From Rebecca billardiae RCC1528 (lineage: Eukaryota; Protista; Haptophyta), in assembly GCA_965240325.2 (NCBI GenBank), contig OZ251238.1:1178001-1242000 (forward strand): 64,000 nt of DNA. The letters run 5' to 3'. Every line of letters starts with the position of its first letter. Position 1 is the first letter of the stretch. The notes under the pieces are model-generated. The model saw only the letters and a program-made list of their open reading frames with translations. It searched no databases and was not told the origin of the DNA. The position numbers and the translations under genes are program-made. Below, piece by piece: positions 21,771 through 33,335 of this stretch.

Positions 21771-21864
21771 GAGTACAGAGTCTACATCTGTATTACTGTA
21801 ACGGGCAGACAGGTCAAGCACTTAACACACCGCCGGGCGGGGCTTCGGAACTGCGGCCGACCTA

Positions 21865-22470
21865 TGGAGCGCTCGTTGGAACTTGAGCCCGGTTTGGCGC
21901 CCACGCGGCGAGGGCGACGACGGGCGTACACGGGGCCCGCGACAGCGGGAAGCGCGCGGGGGCGGCCGAGAACGGCACGGTCTGCACGCCTCTGGCCAGC
22001 CGAGGACGCGCACGGCCCCTCCTCCTCGCACGCTGCTAACTTGATCCGGTGCCAAGCGGTGGTTTAGCTGCCGACCAGCTCAAGTTCCACGGCTGGCCAA
22101 GGTTCGGCTTGCGACCTCACCGCTGGTGCTTGCAAGAAGGTACACGAGTTGGTCGAACTCCCGCGCACCCGCTCTGCGCTCGTCGACGCCCTCTGAAGGT
22201 GACTCGGGGTGCATGCGGGGCAGTGGAGTGCAGTGGTTCGGCGTTGCCTCTCAGTCGTCCAGCGCGCATGCCATGTAGCGCGGATGTGGTGCGCGCATGG
22301 CCCGGTAATGCGGTCGCGGCATGTCTGTCTGGGCTGCCCAAGGCCTGCCGCACCGCGAAGCGAGCGCTCAGGAGCGTGTGCCGACCGTGCCAGCCCCGCC
22401 GGGATGGGGCACTTCGCTGGGAAATGCGGGGTCAAGTTCCACCCCGGCTCAAGTTCCAACGAGCGCTCCA
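21865..22470. mobile_element. 606-bp MITE with TA flanks
   Basis: Perfect 25-bp TIR TGGAGCGCTCGTTGGAACTTGAGCC (21865-21889 / 22446-22470), with TA at 21863-64 and 22471-72. Internal partial copies TCAAGTTCCAC at about 22080 and 22432. Confidence 0.85.
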
Positions 22471-23352
22471 TACTTCAGTCCACAGCCGCAATGCCCTACG
22501 CCTGATGAGATGCTCGTTTTCAACCGGTTGCAGGCCTGCCTGCTGTCACGCGCGTGCGTGCGGTCCGACCGGATCGGCCAGCACGCTGCAGCATGGCCGA
22601 CGGCGAAGCAGTGCCGGGCACTGTGTTGAGTACTCTCATGACCATCGAACATGCGCGAAAAGCCGAACAATGCCCTACTGGTAGGGGCGTGCGCGCGCCC
22701 ATCACGCGCGTCGCCGCCACGGTCGGCAGCCGATCAGGCGATCAGGCTAGAGGGCGGGGCCTCCCGCTTTGGTGAGTGGAAAGGGGATCAAGGCATCAAG
22801 CTACCCTCGGCGGTACCTCGTGCCAAGATTCTCTTGCTCGTCAACTTGTGAAGTGACCAGTGATCACAAATACTGGTATGATAAGGCGAAGCAGATGCAT
22901 ATTTTTTGATGGGATCCAACTTCTCTCATGCTACAGCGTTTCGTCGCCATATAACTTTCTCGTATCACGATACCTTCGCAATGGTCATTTTCGGCGGGAT
23001 CTGCTCTATTTCCGTCCTCGCTAGACGGCGCTTCATCATAGCTGTTTCCTAATTCGCTCAGCGCTATCATACGAGTTGGTTGGGAGATCTTCACGAGGTG
23101 AAGGCCGCGGGGTTCAGAGGCGGTGCCCCCTTTCACACGCCCTGCTGCGATTGGCTGGAGGACGACGAGACCGACGTCCAAAGGAAGGTTGGCCTCTTCC
23201 AGCCGCTCGCGACGAGGGGCCACCGTGGCCGTGAACAAGTGCACGAGCTGAAAGGCCGAGCAGCCAGCCCGTGGATTATTGCGAGGCTCATGCAAGAAGG
23301 GGCACGCGCGACACTGCGCCCGCGCATGCGGGCCGTTCCCGCCATCAACGTC

Positions 23353-25139
23353 ATGAGGCGTGGACGCCGTGGGAGCACGGGTTGCAGAGGCCTGCTCAGC
23401 CTCGTCGTCGCGCTCGCAAGCATCAGTCTGGCTGCCACGGCCACGCCAAACCCGCCGCCGCCGAGTCCAAGCCCGCCGCCGAGCCCGCCGCCTCCGCCGC
23501 CGAGCCCCAGCCCACCGCCGAGCCCGCCGCCTCCGCCGCCGAGCCCCAGCCCGCCGCCGAGTCCGACGCCGCCTCCCCCGAGCCCGAGCCCGCCACCGCC
23601 CAGCCCGAGCCCGCCACCAAGCCCAGCACCACCGTCGCCAGACCCGAGCCCGCCGCCCAGCCCGCAGCCTCCGCCGCCGAGCCCGAGTCCGCCGCCGTGG
23701 CCGCAGCCGCCCCCGCCCAGCCCGAGCCCGCCGCCCAGCCCGCAGCCTCCGCCGCCGAGCCCGAGTCCGCCGCCGTGGCCGCAGCCGCCCCCGCCCAGCC
23801 CGAGCCCGCCGCCCAGCCCGCAGCCTCCGCCGCCGAGCCCGAGTCCGCCGCCGTGGCCGCAGCCGCCCCCGCCCAGCCCGAGCCCGCCGCCCAGCCCGGA
23901 GCCCCCTTCACCGAGCCGACGCCCGCCACCGAGTCCGGCACCACCTTCGCCAGACCCGAGCCCGCTGCCCAGCCCGCTGCCTCCGCCGCCACGCCCGAGC
24001 CCGCCGCCGAGCCCTCCTCCGCCGCCGCCGAGTCCCAGTCCTCCGCCGCCACCACCACCCTCGCCGCCGCCGAGCATGTCGCCGCCGTTGCCACCGCCGA
24101 GCCCGCCGCCGCCATCGCCGCCGCCACCACCACCGCCGAGCCCGCCACCCTCGCCACCGCCCTCGCCGCCACCGCCGAGCCGTCCGCCGCCACCGCCACC
24201 GGCGCCGCCGCCCTCGCCGCCGCCCTCGCCGGCACCAACGCCGCCGAGCCCGCCGCCGAGCCCGCCGGCGACACCAAGCCCCAGCACGCCGCCGCACCCG
24301 CCGCCGCCTGCGCCGCCGTCGGCGCCGCCCGACCCGAGCCTGCCGCCACGCCCGGCCCCACCACCGGCTGTGCCGCCCTCCCAGCCGCCTCTGCTTCCTC
24401 CGAGCCCCAGCACGCCGCCGCACCCGCCACCGCCGCCGTCCGACCCGCCGTCTCCGCACCCGGGCTCGCCCCCGAGTCCGTCGCCGCCGCCGCCGAGCCC
24501 GAGCCCGCCATCTCGACCGCCACCTCGACCACCGCCGCCGCCGCCCCGCGCGCCGCTGCCCAGCCGGCCACCGCCGCCACCGCCATCAGCACCGCCGCCA
24601 AGTCCAAGCCTGCCGCCGTCGCTGCCGCCGAGCCCGAGCTCGCCACCGCCGCCGAGCCCTGCAGAGCCGCCGCGGCCGCCGCCACCGCCGCTCAGCTCGC
24701 CACCGCCGAGCCCAAGCCCGCCACCGTCACCCTCGCCGCCGCCGCCGAGCCCGAGCCCGCCTCCGCCCCCACCGCCGCCGCCTCCGAGCCCGAGCCCGCC
24801 GCCACCGCCAAGGCCGGCGGCGCCACCGCAGCCCACAACGCTGCCGCCAAGCCCGCCGCCGCCAAGCCCGAGCCCACCACCGCCGCCACCGCCGCCACCG
24901 CCACCACCGCCGAGCCCGAGCCCGCCGCCACCGCCCAGTCCAGCGCCGCCACCGCAGCCGACACCGCCGCCGCCGAGCCCGCCGCCGCCGAGCCCGAGCC
25001 CACCACCGCCGTCCCCGCCGCCGCCGCCGCCGCCGCCGAGCCCAACACCGCCGCCTGAACCGCTTCCGCCGCCTCCTAGCCCGCCACCGCCGAGCCCGAG
25101 CCCGACGCCGCCACCGCCTCGGAGCTCGAGCCTACCACC

Positions 25140-25170
<31 letters not shown>

Positions 25171-28100
25171 AGCCCGAGCCCGCTGCCACCGCCAAGTCCG
25201 GCGCCGCCACCGCCGCCGCCACCGCCGCCGCCAAGCCCGCCGCCGCCAAGCCCGAGCCCACCACCGCCGCCACCGCCGCCACTCCCACCACCGCCGAGCC
25301 CGAGCCCGCCGCCACCGCCAAGGCCGGCGGCGCCACCGCAGCCCACACCGCCTCCGCCGAGCCCGCCGCCGCCAAGCCCGAGCCCACCACCGCCGCCACC
25401 GCCGCCACCGCCACCACCGCCGAGCCCGAGCCCGCCGCCTTCGCCACCTCCGAGCCCGAGCCCGCCACCGCCACAGAGCCCGCAGCCGCCGCCACCGAGC
25501 AGGGTGCCACCGCCTCCGAGCCCGAGCCCGCCGCCTCCGCCAAGCCCAACACCGCCGCCCAGACCGCTGCCACCGCCTCCGAACCCGCCACCGCCGAGCC
25601 CGAGCCCGCCGCCACCGCCAAGTCCGGCGGCGCCACCGCAGCCCACACCGCCTCCGCCGAGCCCGCCGCCGCCAAGCCCGAGCCCGCCACCGCCGTCCCT
25701 GCCGCCGCCGCCGCCGCCGCCGACCCCAAGCCCTCCGCCTTCGCCTCCGCCGAGTCCCAGCCCGCCGCCTCCACCGAGCCCAACACCGCCGCCCGAACCG
25801 CTGCCACCGCCTCCTAGCCCGCCACCGCCAAGCCCGAGCCCTCCGCCCCCCCCACCGCCCCCACCGCCAAGCCCCAGCCCGCCGCCACCGCCAAGCCCGG
25901 CGCCGCCACCCCTGCCGACACCGCCGCCGCCGAGCCCACCACCACCCAGCCCGAGCCCTCCGCCGCATCCACCGCCACCACCGCCAAGCCCGAGCCCGCC
26001 ACCACCGCCCAGTCCGGCGCCGCCACCGCAGCCAACACCGCCGCCGCCAAGCCCGCCACCACCCAGCCCGAGCCCACCACCGCCACCACCGCCACCGCCG
26101 CCGCCGCCTCCGAGCCCGAGCCCGCCGCCACCACCCAGTCCGGCGCCGCCCAGCCCAAGCCAGCCGCCACCGCCACCTCCGAGCCCGAGCCCGCCGCCGC
26201 CGCCCAGCCCGGCGCCACCACCGCTTCCGACGCCGCCGCCGCCGAGCCCGCCACCGCCGAGCCCGAGCCCGCCACCGCCACAGAGCCCGCAGCCGCCGCC
26301 ACCGAGCAGGGTGCCACCGCCTCCGAGCCCGAGCCCGCCACCGCCACAGAGCCCTCAGCCGCCGCCACCGAGCAGGGTGCCACCGCCTCCGAGCCCGAGC
26401 CCTCCGCCGCCGCCCAGTCCGGCGCCGCCACCAATGCCGACGCCGCCACCGCCGAGCCCGCCACCGCCGAGCCCGAGCCCGCCGCCGCCACCACCTCCGA
26501 GCCCGAGCCCGCCACCGCCTCAGAGCCCGCAGCCGCCGCCACCGAGCAGGGTGCCACCGCCTCCGAGCCCGAGCCCGCCACCGCCACAGAGCCCGCAGCC
26601 GCCGCCACCGAGCAGGGTGCCACCGCCTCCGAGCCCGAGCCCGCCGCCACCGCCCAGTCCGGCGCCGCCACCAATGCCGACGCCGCCACCGCCGAGCCCG
26701 CCACCGCCGAGCCCGAGCCCGCCACCGCCACAGAGCCCGCAGCCGCCGCCACCGAGCAAGGTGCCACCGCCTCCGAGCCCGAGCCCGCCGCCACCGCCCA
26801 GTCCGGCGCCGCCACCAATGCCGACGCCGCCACCGCCGAGCCCGCCACCGCCGAGCCCGAGCCCGCCGCCGCCACCGCCTCCGAGCCCGAGCCCGCCACC
26901 GCCACAGAGCCCGCAGCCGCCGCCACCGAGCAGGGTGCCACCGCCTCCGAGCCCGAGCCCGCCACCGCCGCAGAGCCCGCAGCCGCCGCCACCGAGCAGG
27001 GTGCCACCGCCTCCGAGCCCGAGCCCGCCGCCACCGCCCAGTCCGGCGCCGCCACCAATGCCGACGCCGCCACCGCCGAGCCCGCCACCGCCGAGCCCGA
27101 GCCCGCCGCCGCCACCACCTCCGAGCCCGAGCCCGCCACCGCCACAGAGCCCGCAGCCGCCGCCACCGAGCAGGGTGCCACCGCCTCCGAGCCCGAGCCC
27201 GCCACCGCCGCAGAGCCCGCAGCCGCCGCCACCGAGCAGGGTGCCACCGCCTCCGAGCCCGAGCCCGCCACCGCCACAGAGCCCGCAGCCGCCGTCACCG
27301 AGCAGGGTGCCACCGCCTCCGAGCCCGAGCCCTCCACCGCCGCAGAGCCCGCAGCCGCCGCCACCGAGCAGGGTGCCACCGCCTCCGAGCCCGAGCCCGC
27401 CGCCGCCGCCCAGTCCGGCGCCGCCACCAATGCCGACGCCGCCACCGCCGAGCCCGCCACCGCCGAGCCCGAGCCCGCCGCCGCCACCACCTCCGAGCCC
27501 GAGCCCGCCACCGCCACAGAGCCCGCAGCCGCCGCCACCGAGCAGGGTGCCACCGCCTCCGAGCCCGAGCCCGCCACCGCCGCAGAGCCCGCAGCCGCCG
27601 CCACCGAGCAGGGTGCCACCGCCTCCGAGCCCGAGCCCGCCACCGCCACAGAGCCCGCAGCCGCCGCCACCGAGCAGGGTGCCACCGCCTCCGAGCCCGA
27701 GCCCGCCACCGCCACAGAGCCCGCAGCCGCCGCCACCGAGCAGGGTGCCACCGCCTCCGAGCCCGAGCCCGCCGCCTCCACCACCTCCGAGCCCGAGCCC
27801 GCCACCGCCACAGAGCCCGCAGCCGCCGCCACCGAGCAGGGTGCCACCGCCTCCGAGCCCGAGCCCTCCACCGCCACAGAGCCCGCAGCCGCCGCCACCG
27901 AGCAGGGTGCCACCGCCTCCGAGCCCGAGCCCGCCGCCTCCACCACCTCCGAGCCCGAGCCCGCCACCGCCACAGAGCCCGCAGCCGCCGCCACCGAGCA
28001 GGGTGCCACCGCCTCCGAGCCCGAGCCCGCCGCCGCCGCAGAGCCCGCAGCCGCCGCCACCGAGCAGGGTGCCACCGCCCCCGAGCCCGAGCCCGCCACC

Positions 28101-31100
28101 GCCACAGAGCCCTCAGCCGCCGCCACCGAGCAGGGTGCCACCGCCTCCGAGCCCGAGCCCTCCACCGCCGCAGAGCCCGCAGCCGCCGCCACCGAGCAGG
28201 GTGCCACCGCCTCCGAGCCCGAGCCCGCCGCCTCCACCACCTCCGAGCCCGAGCCCGCCACCGCCACAGAGCCCGCAGCCGCCGCCACCGCGCAGGGTGC
28301 CACCGCCTCCGAGCCCGAGCCCGCCACCGCCACAGAGCCCGCAGCCGCCGCCACCGAGCAGGGTGCCACCGCCCCCGAGCCCGAGCCCGCCACCGCCACA
28401 GAGCCCGCAGCCGCCGCCACCGAGCAGGGTGCCACCGCCTCCGAGCCCGAGCCCGCCGCCGCCGCCCAGTCCGGCGCCGCCACCAATGCCGACGCCGCCA
28501 CCGCCGAGCCCGCCACCGCCGAGCCCGAGCCCGCCGCCGCCACCACCTCCGAGCCCGAGCCCGCCACCGCCACAGAGCCCGCAGCCGCCGCCACCGAGCA
28601 GGGTGCCACCGCCTCCGAGCCCGAGCCCGCCACCGCCGCAGAGCCCGCAGCCGCCGCCACCGAGCAGGGTGCCACCGCCTCCGAGCCCGAGCCCGCCGCC
28701 TCCACCGCCCCCGAGCCCGAGCCCGCCACCGCCACAGAGCCCGCAGCCGCCGCCACCGAGCAGGGTGCCACCGCCTCCGAGCCCGAGCCCTCCACCGCCA
28801 CAGAGCCCGCAGCCGCCGCCACCGAGCAGGGTGCCACCGCCTCCGAGCCCGAGCCCGCCGCCTCCACCGCCCCCGAGCCCGAGCCCTCCACCGCCGCAGA
28901 GCCCGCAGCCGCCGCCACCGAGCAGGTTGCCACCGCCCCCGAGCCCGAGCCCGCCACCGCCACAGAGCCCGCAGCCGCCGCCACCGAGCAGGGTGCCACC
29001 GCCTCCGAGCCCGAGCCCGCCGCCGCCGCCCAGTCCGGCGCCGCCACCCATGCCGACGCCGCCACCGCCGAGCCCGCCACCGCCGAGCCCGAGCCCGCCG
29101 CCGCCACCACCTCCGAGCCCGAGCCCGCCACCGCCACAGAGCCCGCAGCCGCCGCCACCGAGCAGGGTGCCACCGCCTCCGAGCCCGAGCCCGCCACCGC
29201 CGCAGAGCCCGCAGCCGCCGCCACCGAGCAGGGTGCCACCGCCTCCGAGCCCGAGCCCGCCGCCTCCACCGCCTCCGAGCCCGAGCCCTCCACCGCCACA
29301 GAGCCCGCAGCCGCCGCCACCGAGCAGGGTGCCACCGCCTCCGAGCCCGAGCCCGCCGCCTCCACCGCCCCCGAGCCCGAGCCCTCCACCGCCGCAGAGC
29401 CCGCAGCCGCCGCCACCGAGCAGGGTGCCACCGCCTCCGAGCCCGAGCCCGCCACCGCCACAGAGCCCGCAGCCGCCGCCACCGAGCAGGGTGCCACCGC
29501 CTCCGAGCCCGAGCCCGCCGCCGCCGCCCAGTCCGGCGCCGCCACCAATGCCGACGCCGCCACCGCCGAGCCCGCCACCGCCGAGCCCGAGCCCGCCGCC
29601 GCCACCACCTCCGAGCCCGAGCCCGCCACCGCCACAGAGCCCGCAGCCGCCGCCACCGAGCAGGGTGCCACCGCCTCCGAGCCCGAGCCCGCCACCGCCA
29701 CAGAGCCCGCAGCCGCCGCCACCGAGCAGGGTGCCACCGCCTCCGAGCCCGAGCCCGCCGCCGCCGCCCAGTCCGGCGCCGCCACCAATGCCGACGCCGC
29801 CACCGCCGAGCCCGCCACCGCCGAGCCCGAGCCCGCCGCCGCCACCACCTCCGAGCCCGAGCCCGCCACCGCCACAGAGCCCGCAGCCGCCGCCACCGAG
29901 CAGGGTGCCACCGCCTCCGAGCCCGAGCCCGCCACCGCCGCAGAGCCCGCAGCCGCCGCCACCGAGCAGGGCGCCACCGCCTCCGAGCCCGAGCCCACCG
30001 CCGCTGCCCAGTCCGGCGCCGCCCAGCCCAAGCCAGCCGCCACCGCCGCCTCCGAGCCCGAGCCCGCCGCCGCCGCCCAGTCCGGCGCCGCCACCTCTGC
30101 CGACGCCGCCGCCACCGAGCCCGCCGCCTCCGAGCCCGAGCCCGCCGCCACCGCCCAGCCCGGCGCCGCCCAGCCCAAGCCAGCCGCCACCGCCGCCTCC
30201 GAGCCCGAGCCCGCCGCCACCGCCCAGTCCGGCGCCGCCACCTCTGCCGACGCCGCCGCCACCGAGCCCGCCGCCTCCGAGCCCGAGCCCGCCGCCACCG
30301 CCCAGTCCGGCGCCGCCCAGCCCAAGCCAGCCGCCACCGCCGCCTCCGAGCCCGAGCCCGCCGCCACCGCCGAGTCCGGCGCCGCCACCTCTGCCGACGC
30401 CGCCGCCACCGAGCCCGCCGCCTCCGAGCCCGAGCCCGCCGCCACCGCCCAGTCCGGCGCCGCCCAGCCCAAGCCAGCCGCCACCGCCGCCTCCGAGCCC
30501 GAGCCCGCCGCCGCCGCCCAGTCCGGCGCCGCCACCTCTGCCGACGCCGCCGCCACCGAGCCCGCCGCCTCCGAGCCCGAGCCCGCCGCCACCGCCCAGT
30601 CCGGCGCCGCCCAGCCCAAGCCAGCCGCCACCGCCGCCTCCGAGCCCGAGCCCGCCGCCGCCGCCCAGTCCGGCGCCGCCACCTCTGCCGACGCCGCCGC
30701 CACCGAGCCCGCCGCCTCCGAGCCCGAGCCCGCCGCCACCGCCCAGTCCGGCGCCGCCCAGCCCAAGCCAGCCGCCACCGCCGCCTCCGAGCCCGAGCCC
30801 GCCGCCGCCGCCCAGTCCGGCGCCGCCACCTCTGCCGACGCCGCCGCCACCGAGCCCGCCGCCTCCGAGCCCGAGCCCGCCGCCACCGCCCAGTCCGGCG
30901 CCGCCCAGCCCAAGCCAGCCGCCACCGCCGCCTCCGAGCCCGAGCCCGCCGCCGCCGCCCAGTCCGGTGCCGCCCAGCCCAAGCCAACCGCCACCGCCGC
31001 CTCCGAGCCCGAGCCCGCCGCCACCGCCCAGTCCGGCGCCGCCCAGCCCAAGCCAACCGCCGCCGCCGCCTCCAAGCCCGAGCCCACTGCCACCGCCCAG

Positions 31101-33302
31101 TCCGGCGCCGCCACCGCTGCCGACGCCGCCGCCACCGAGCCCGTCACCTCCGAGCCCGAGCCCGCCGCCGCCGCCCAGTCCGGCGCCGCCGCCAATGCCG
31201 ACGCCGCCACCGCCGAGCCCGCCACCGCCGAGCCCGAGCCCGCCGCCTCTACCGCCTCCGAGTCCGAGCCCGCCGCCGCCACAGAGCCCGAGCGTGCCGC
31301 CGCCGTCGATGCCCCCGCCACCCAATCCACCTCCGCCGCTCCCAAGCCCGTTGCTTGAACCCTTGCCGCCTCCACCCGCGCCAAGTCCCCCGCCGCCTCC
31401 GCCATCGTCCTCACCGCCTCCTCCGGGCACGGTCGCAGGCGCTCCTCCATCGACCCCGCCGCCGCCGCCGCCACCGCCGCCACCGCCACCGCCGCCTCCG
31501 CCGAGTCCCAGCCCGCCGCCTCCACCGAGCCCAACACCGCCGCCCGAACCGCTTCCGCCGCCTCCTAGCCCGCCGCCGCCAAGCCCGAGCCCTCCGCCCC
31601 CCCCACCGCCCCCACCGCCAAGCCCCAGCCCGCCACCACCGCCCAGTCCGGCGCCGCCACCGCTGCCGACGCCGCCGCCACCGAGCCCACCACCGCCGAG
31701 CCCGAGCCTACCACCGCCACCACCGCCACCACCGCCACCGCCACCGCCGCCTCCGCCGAGCCCGAGCCCGCCACCGCCGCCAAGCCCAGTCCCGCCGCCG
31801 CGACCAATGCCGCCGCCGCCCAGCTCTCCGTCGCCCAGCCCGAGCCCGACGCCGCCACTGCCGTCGTCGCCGCCGCCGCCGAGCCCACCGCCGTCACCTC
31901 GCAGCCCACCGCCATCGCCGCCGCCATCGCCACCGCCATCGCCGCCGCCATCGCCACCGCCATCGCCGCCGCCATCGCCACCGCCATCGCCGCCGCCATC
32001 GCCGCCACCCGCCAGCCCGGGCCTGTCGCCGCAGTCGCCGCAGCGCCCGCCGCCCACTCCGCCGCCTGCCGTCGACAAGGACGAGTCCGGGCCGCTGCGC
32101 CCGTCGGCGCCGCCCAGCAGCCCGCCCTCCGCGCCTCCGCGCCCGCCGTCGTCGCCGCCCTCCCCGCCGCCGCCGCTCCCAGCCTCGATCCGCATGTCGC
32201 AGCCGGTCTTCTATGTGGGGCAGGACCAGTGGGCGAGCTACTGGCTCGAGCCCGCGCTGGTGCACGCGGCCAACTGGGTCGGCGTCTTCCGGCAGGGCGG
32301 GCGCGCGGGCGACCCGCCGCTCACGTGGGCGTGGGCGCCGGCGCAGGCGGGGCAGCTCAACCTCGGCCACAGCGCGGACGAGGTGCGGGCGTACGACGTC
32401 GTGCTCTTCTCGCAGGGCACGCCGGTGTCCCTCGCGCGGACGGTGATGGTCGTGGCGCACGCGCCGCCGCCGCCGTCGGCGCCGCCGTCGGCGCCGCCGC
32501 CGTCGGCGCCGCCGGCGGTGCCGCCGAGCACGCCGCCGCGCCCGCCGCCACCGCCGCCGCCAAGCGCGCCGCCGAGCCGGCCGCCGCCGCCGCCGCCGCC
32601 GCACCGGCCGCCGCCGAGCCGGCCGCCGTCGCCGCCGAGCCCTGCCCCGAGCCCACCGCCGCCGCCGCCGCCGCCGCTCGCGCGCCCGTTCAGCCCGCCG
32701 CCGCCGCCAGCGAGCCCGCCGCCGAGCTCGCCGCCGCCACGCCCGCCGCCGCCGCCGAGCTCGCCGCCCAGCCCGCTGCCGCCACCGCCGCCGCCACCAC
32801 CGAGCCCGCCGCCGAGCCCGCCGCCAAGCCCACCGCCGCCGCCGCCGAGCCCGCCGAGCGCGCCGCCGAGCGCGCCGCCGCCGAGCCCTCCGCGGTCGCC
32901 GCCGCCGAGCACGCCGCCTTCCTCGCCGCCGCCCTCGCCGCCAGGTTCGCCGCCGCCGCCGCCGCCGCCGCCGTCGCCGCCGCCGCCGTCGTCGCCTCCG
33001 CCGTCGCCGCCGCCGCCGTCGTCGCCGCCGCCGAGCCAGCCGCCGCCGTCGCCGAGCCCGCCGCCGCCGAGCCCGTCGTCGCCGCCGCCCAAGCCACCGC
33101 CGAGCGCGCCTCCGCCGCCGCCACCGCGTCCGCCGCCCCCTTCGGCGCCACCGCCCTCGCCGCTTCCGCCGCCGCCGCCCTCGCCGCCGCCGGCCCCGCC
33201 GCCCAGCTCGCCTCCCTCGCCGCCGTCGGCGCCGCCGCCTCGTCCGCCCGCGCCGCCGCCGCCGCCGCCGCCACCGCCGCCGCCGCCTCGGGCGCCGCCG
33301 CC

Positions 33303-33335
<33 letters not shown>

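Noticed and set aside
23037-23050. Match to the M13 reverse-primer site (CATAGCTGTTTCCT)
   Set aside because: The flanks do not continue into lac or vector sequence; treated as a chance match.
23080-23352. ORF-track N-terminal extensions from non-ATG starts (also 4712, 14188, 44103, 61283)
   Set aside because: A downstream ATG gives a proper signal peptide or domain start in each case; the extensions look non-coding.
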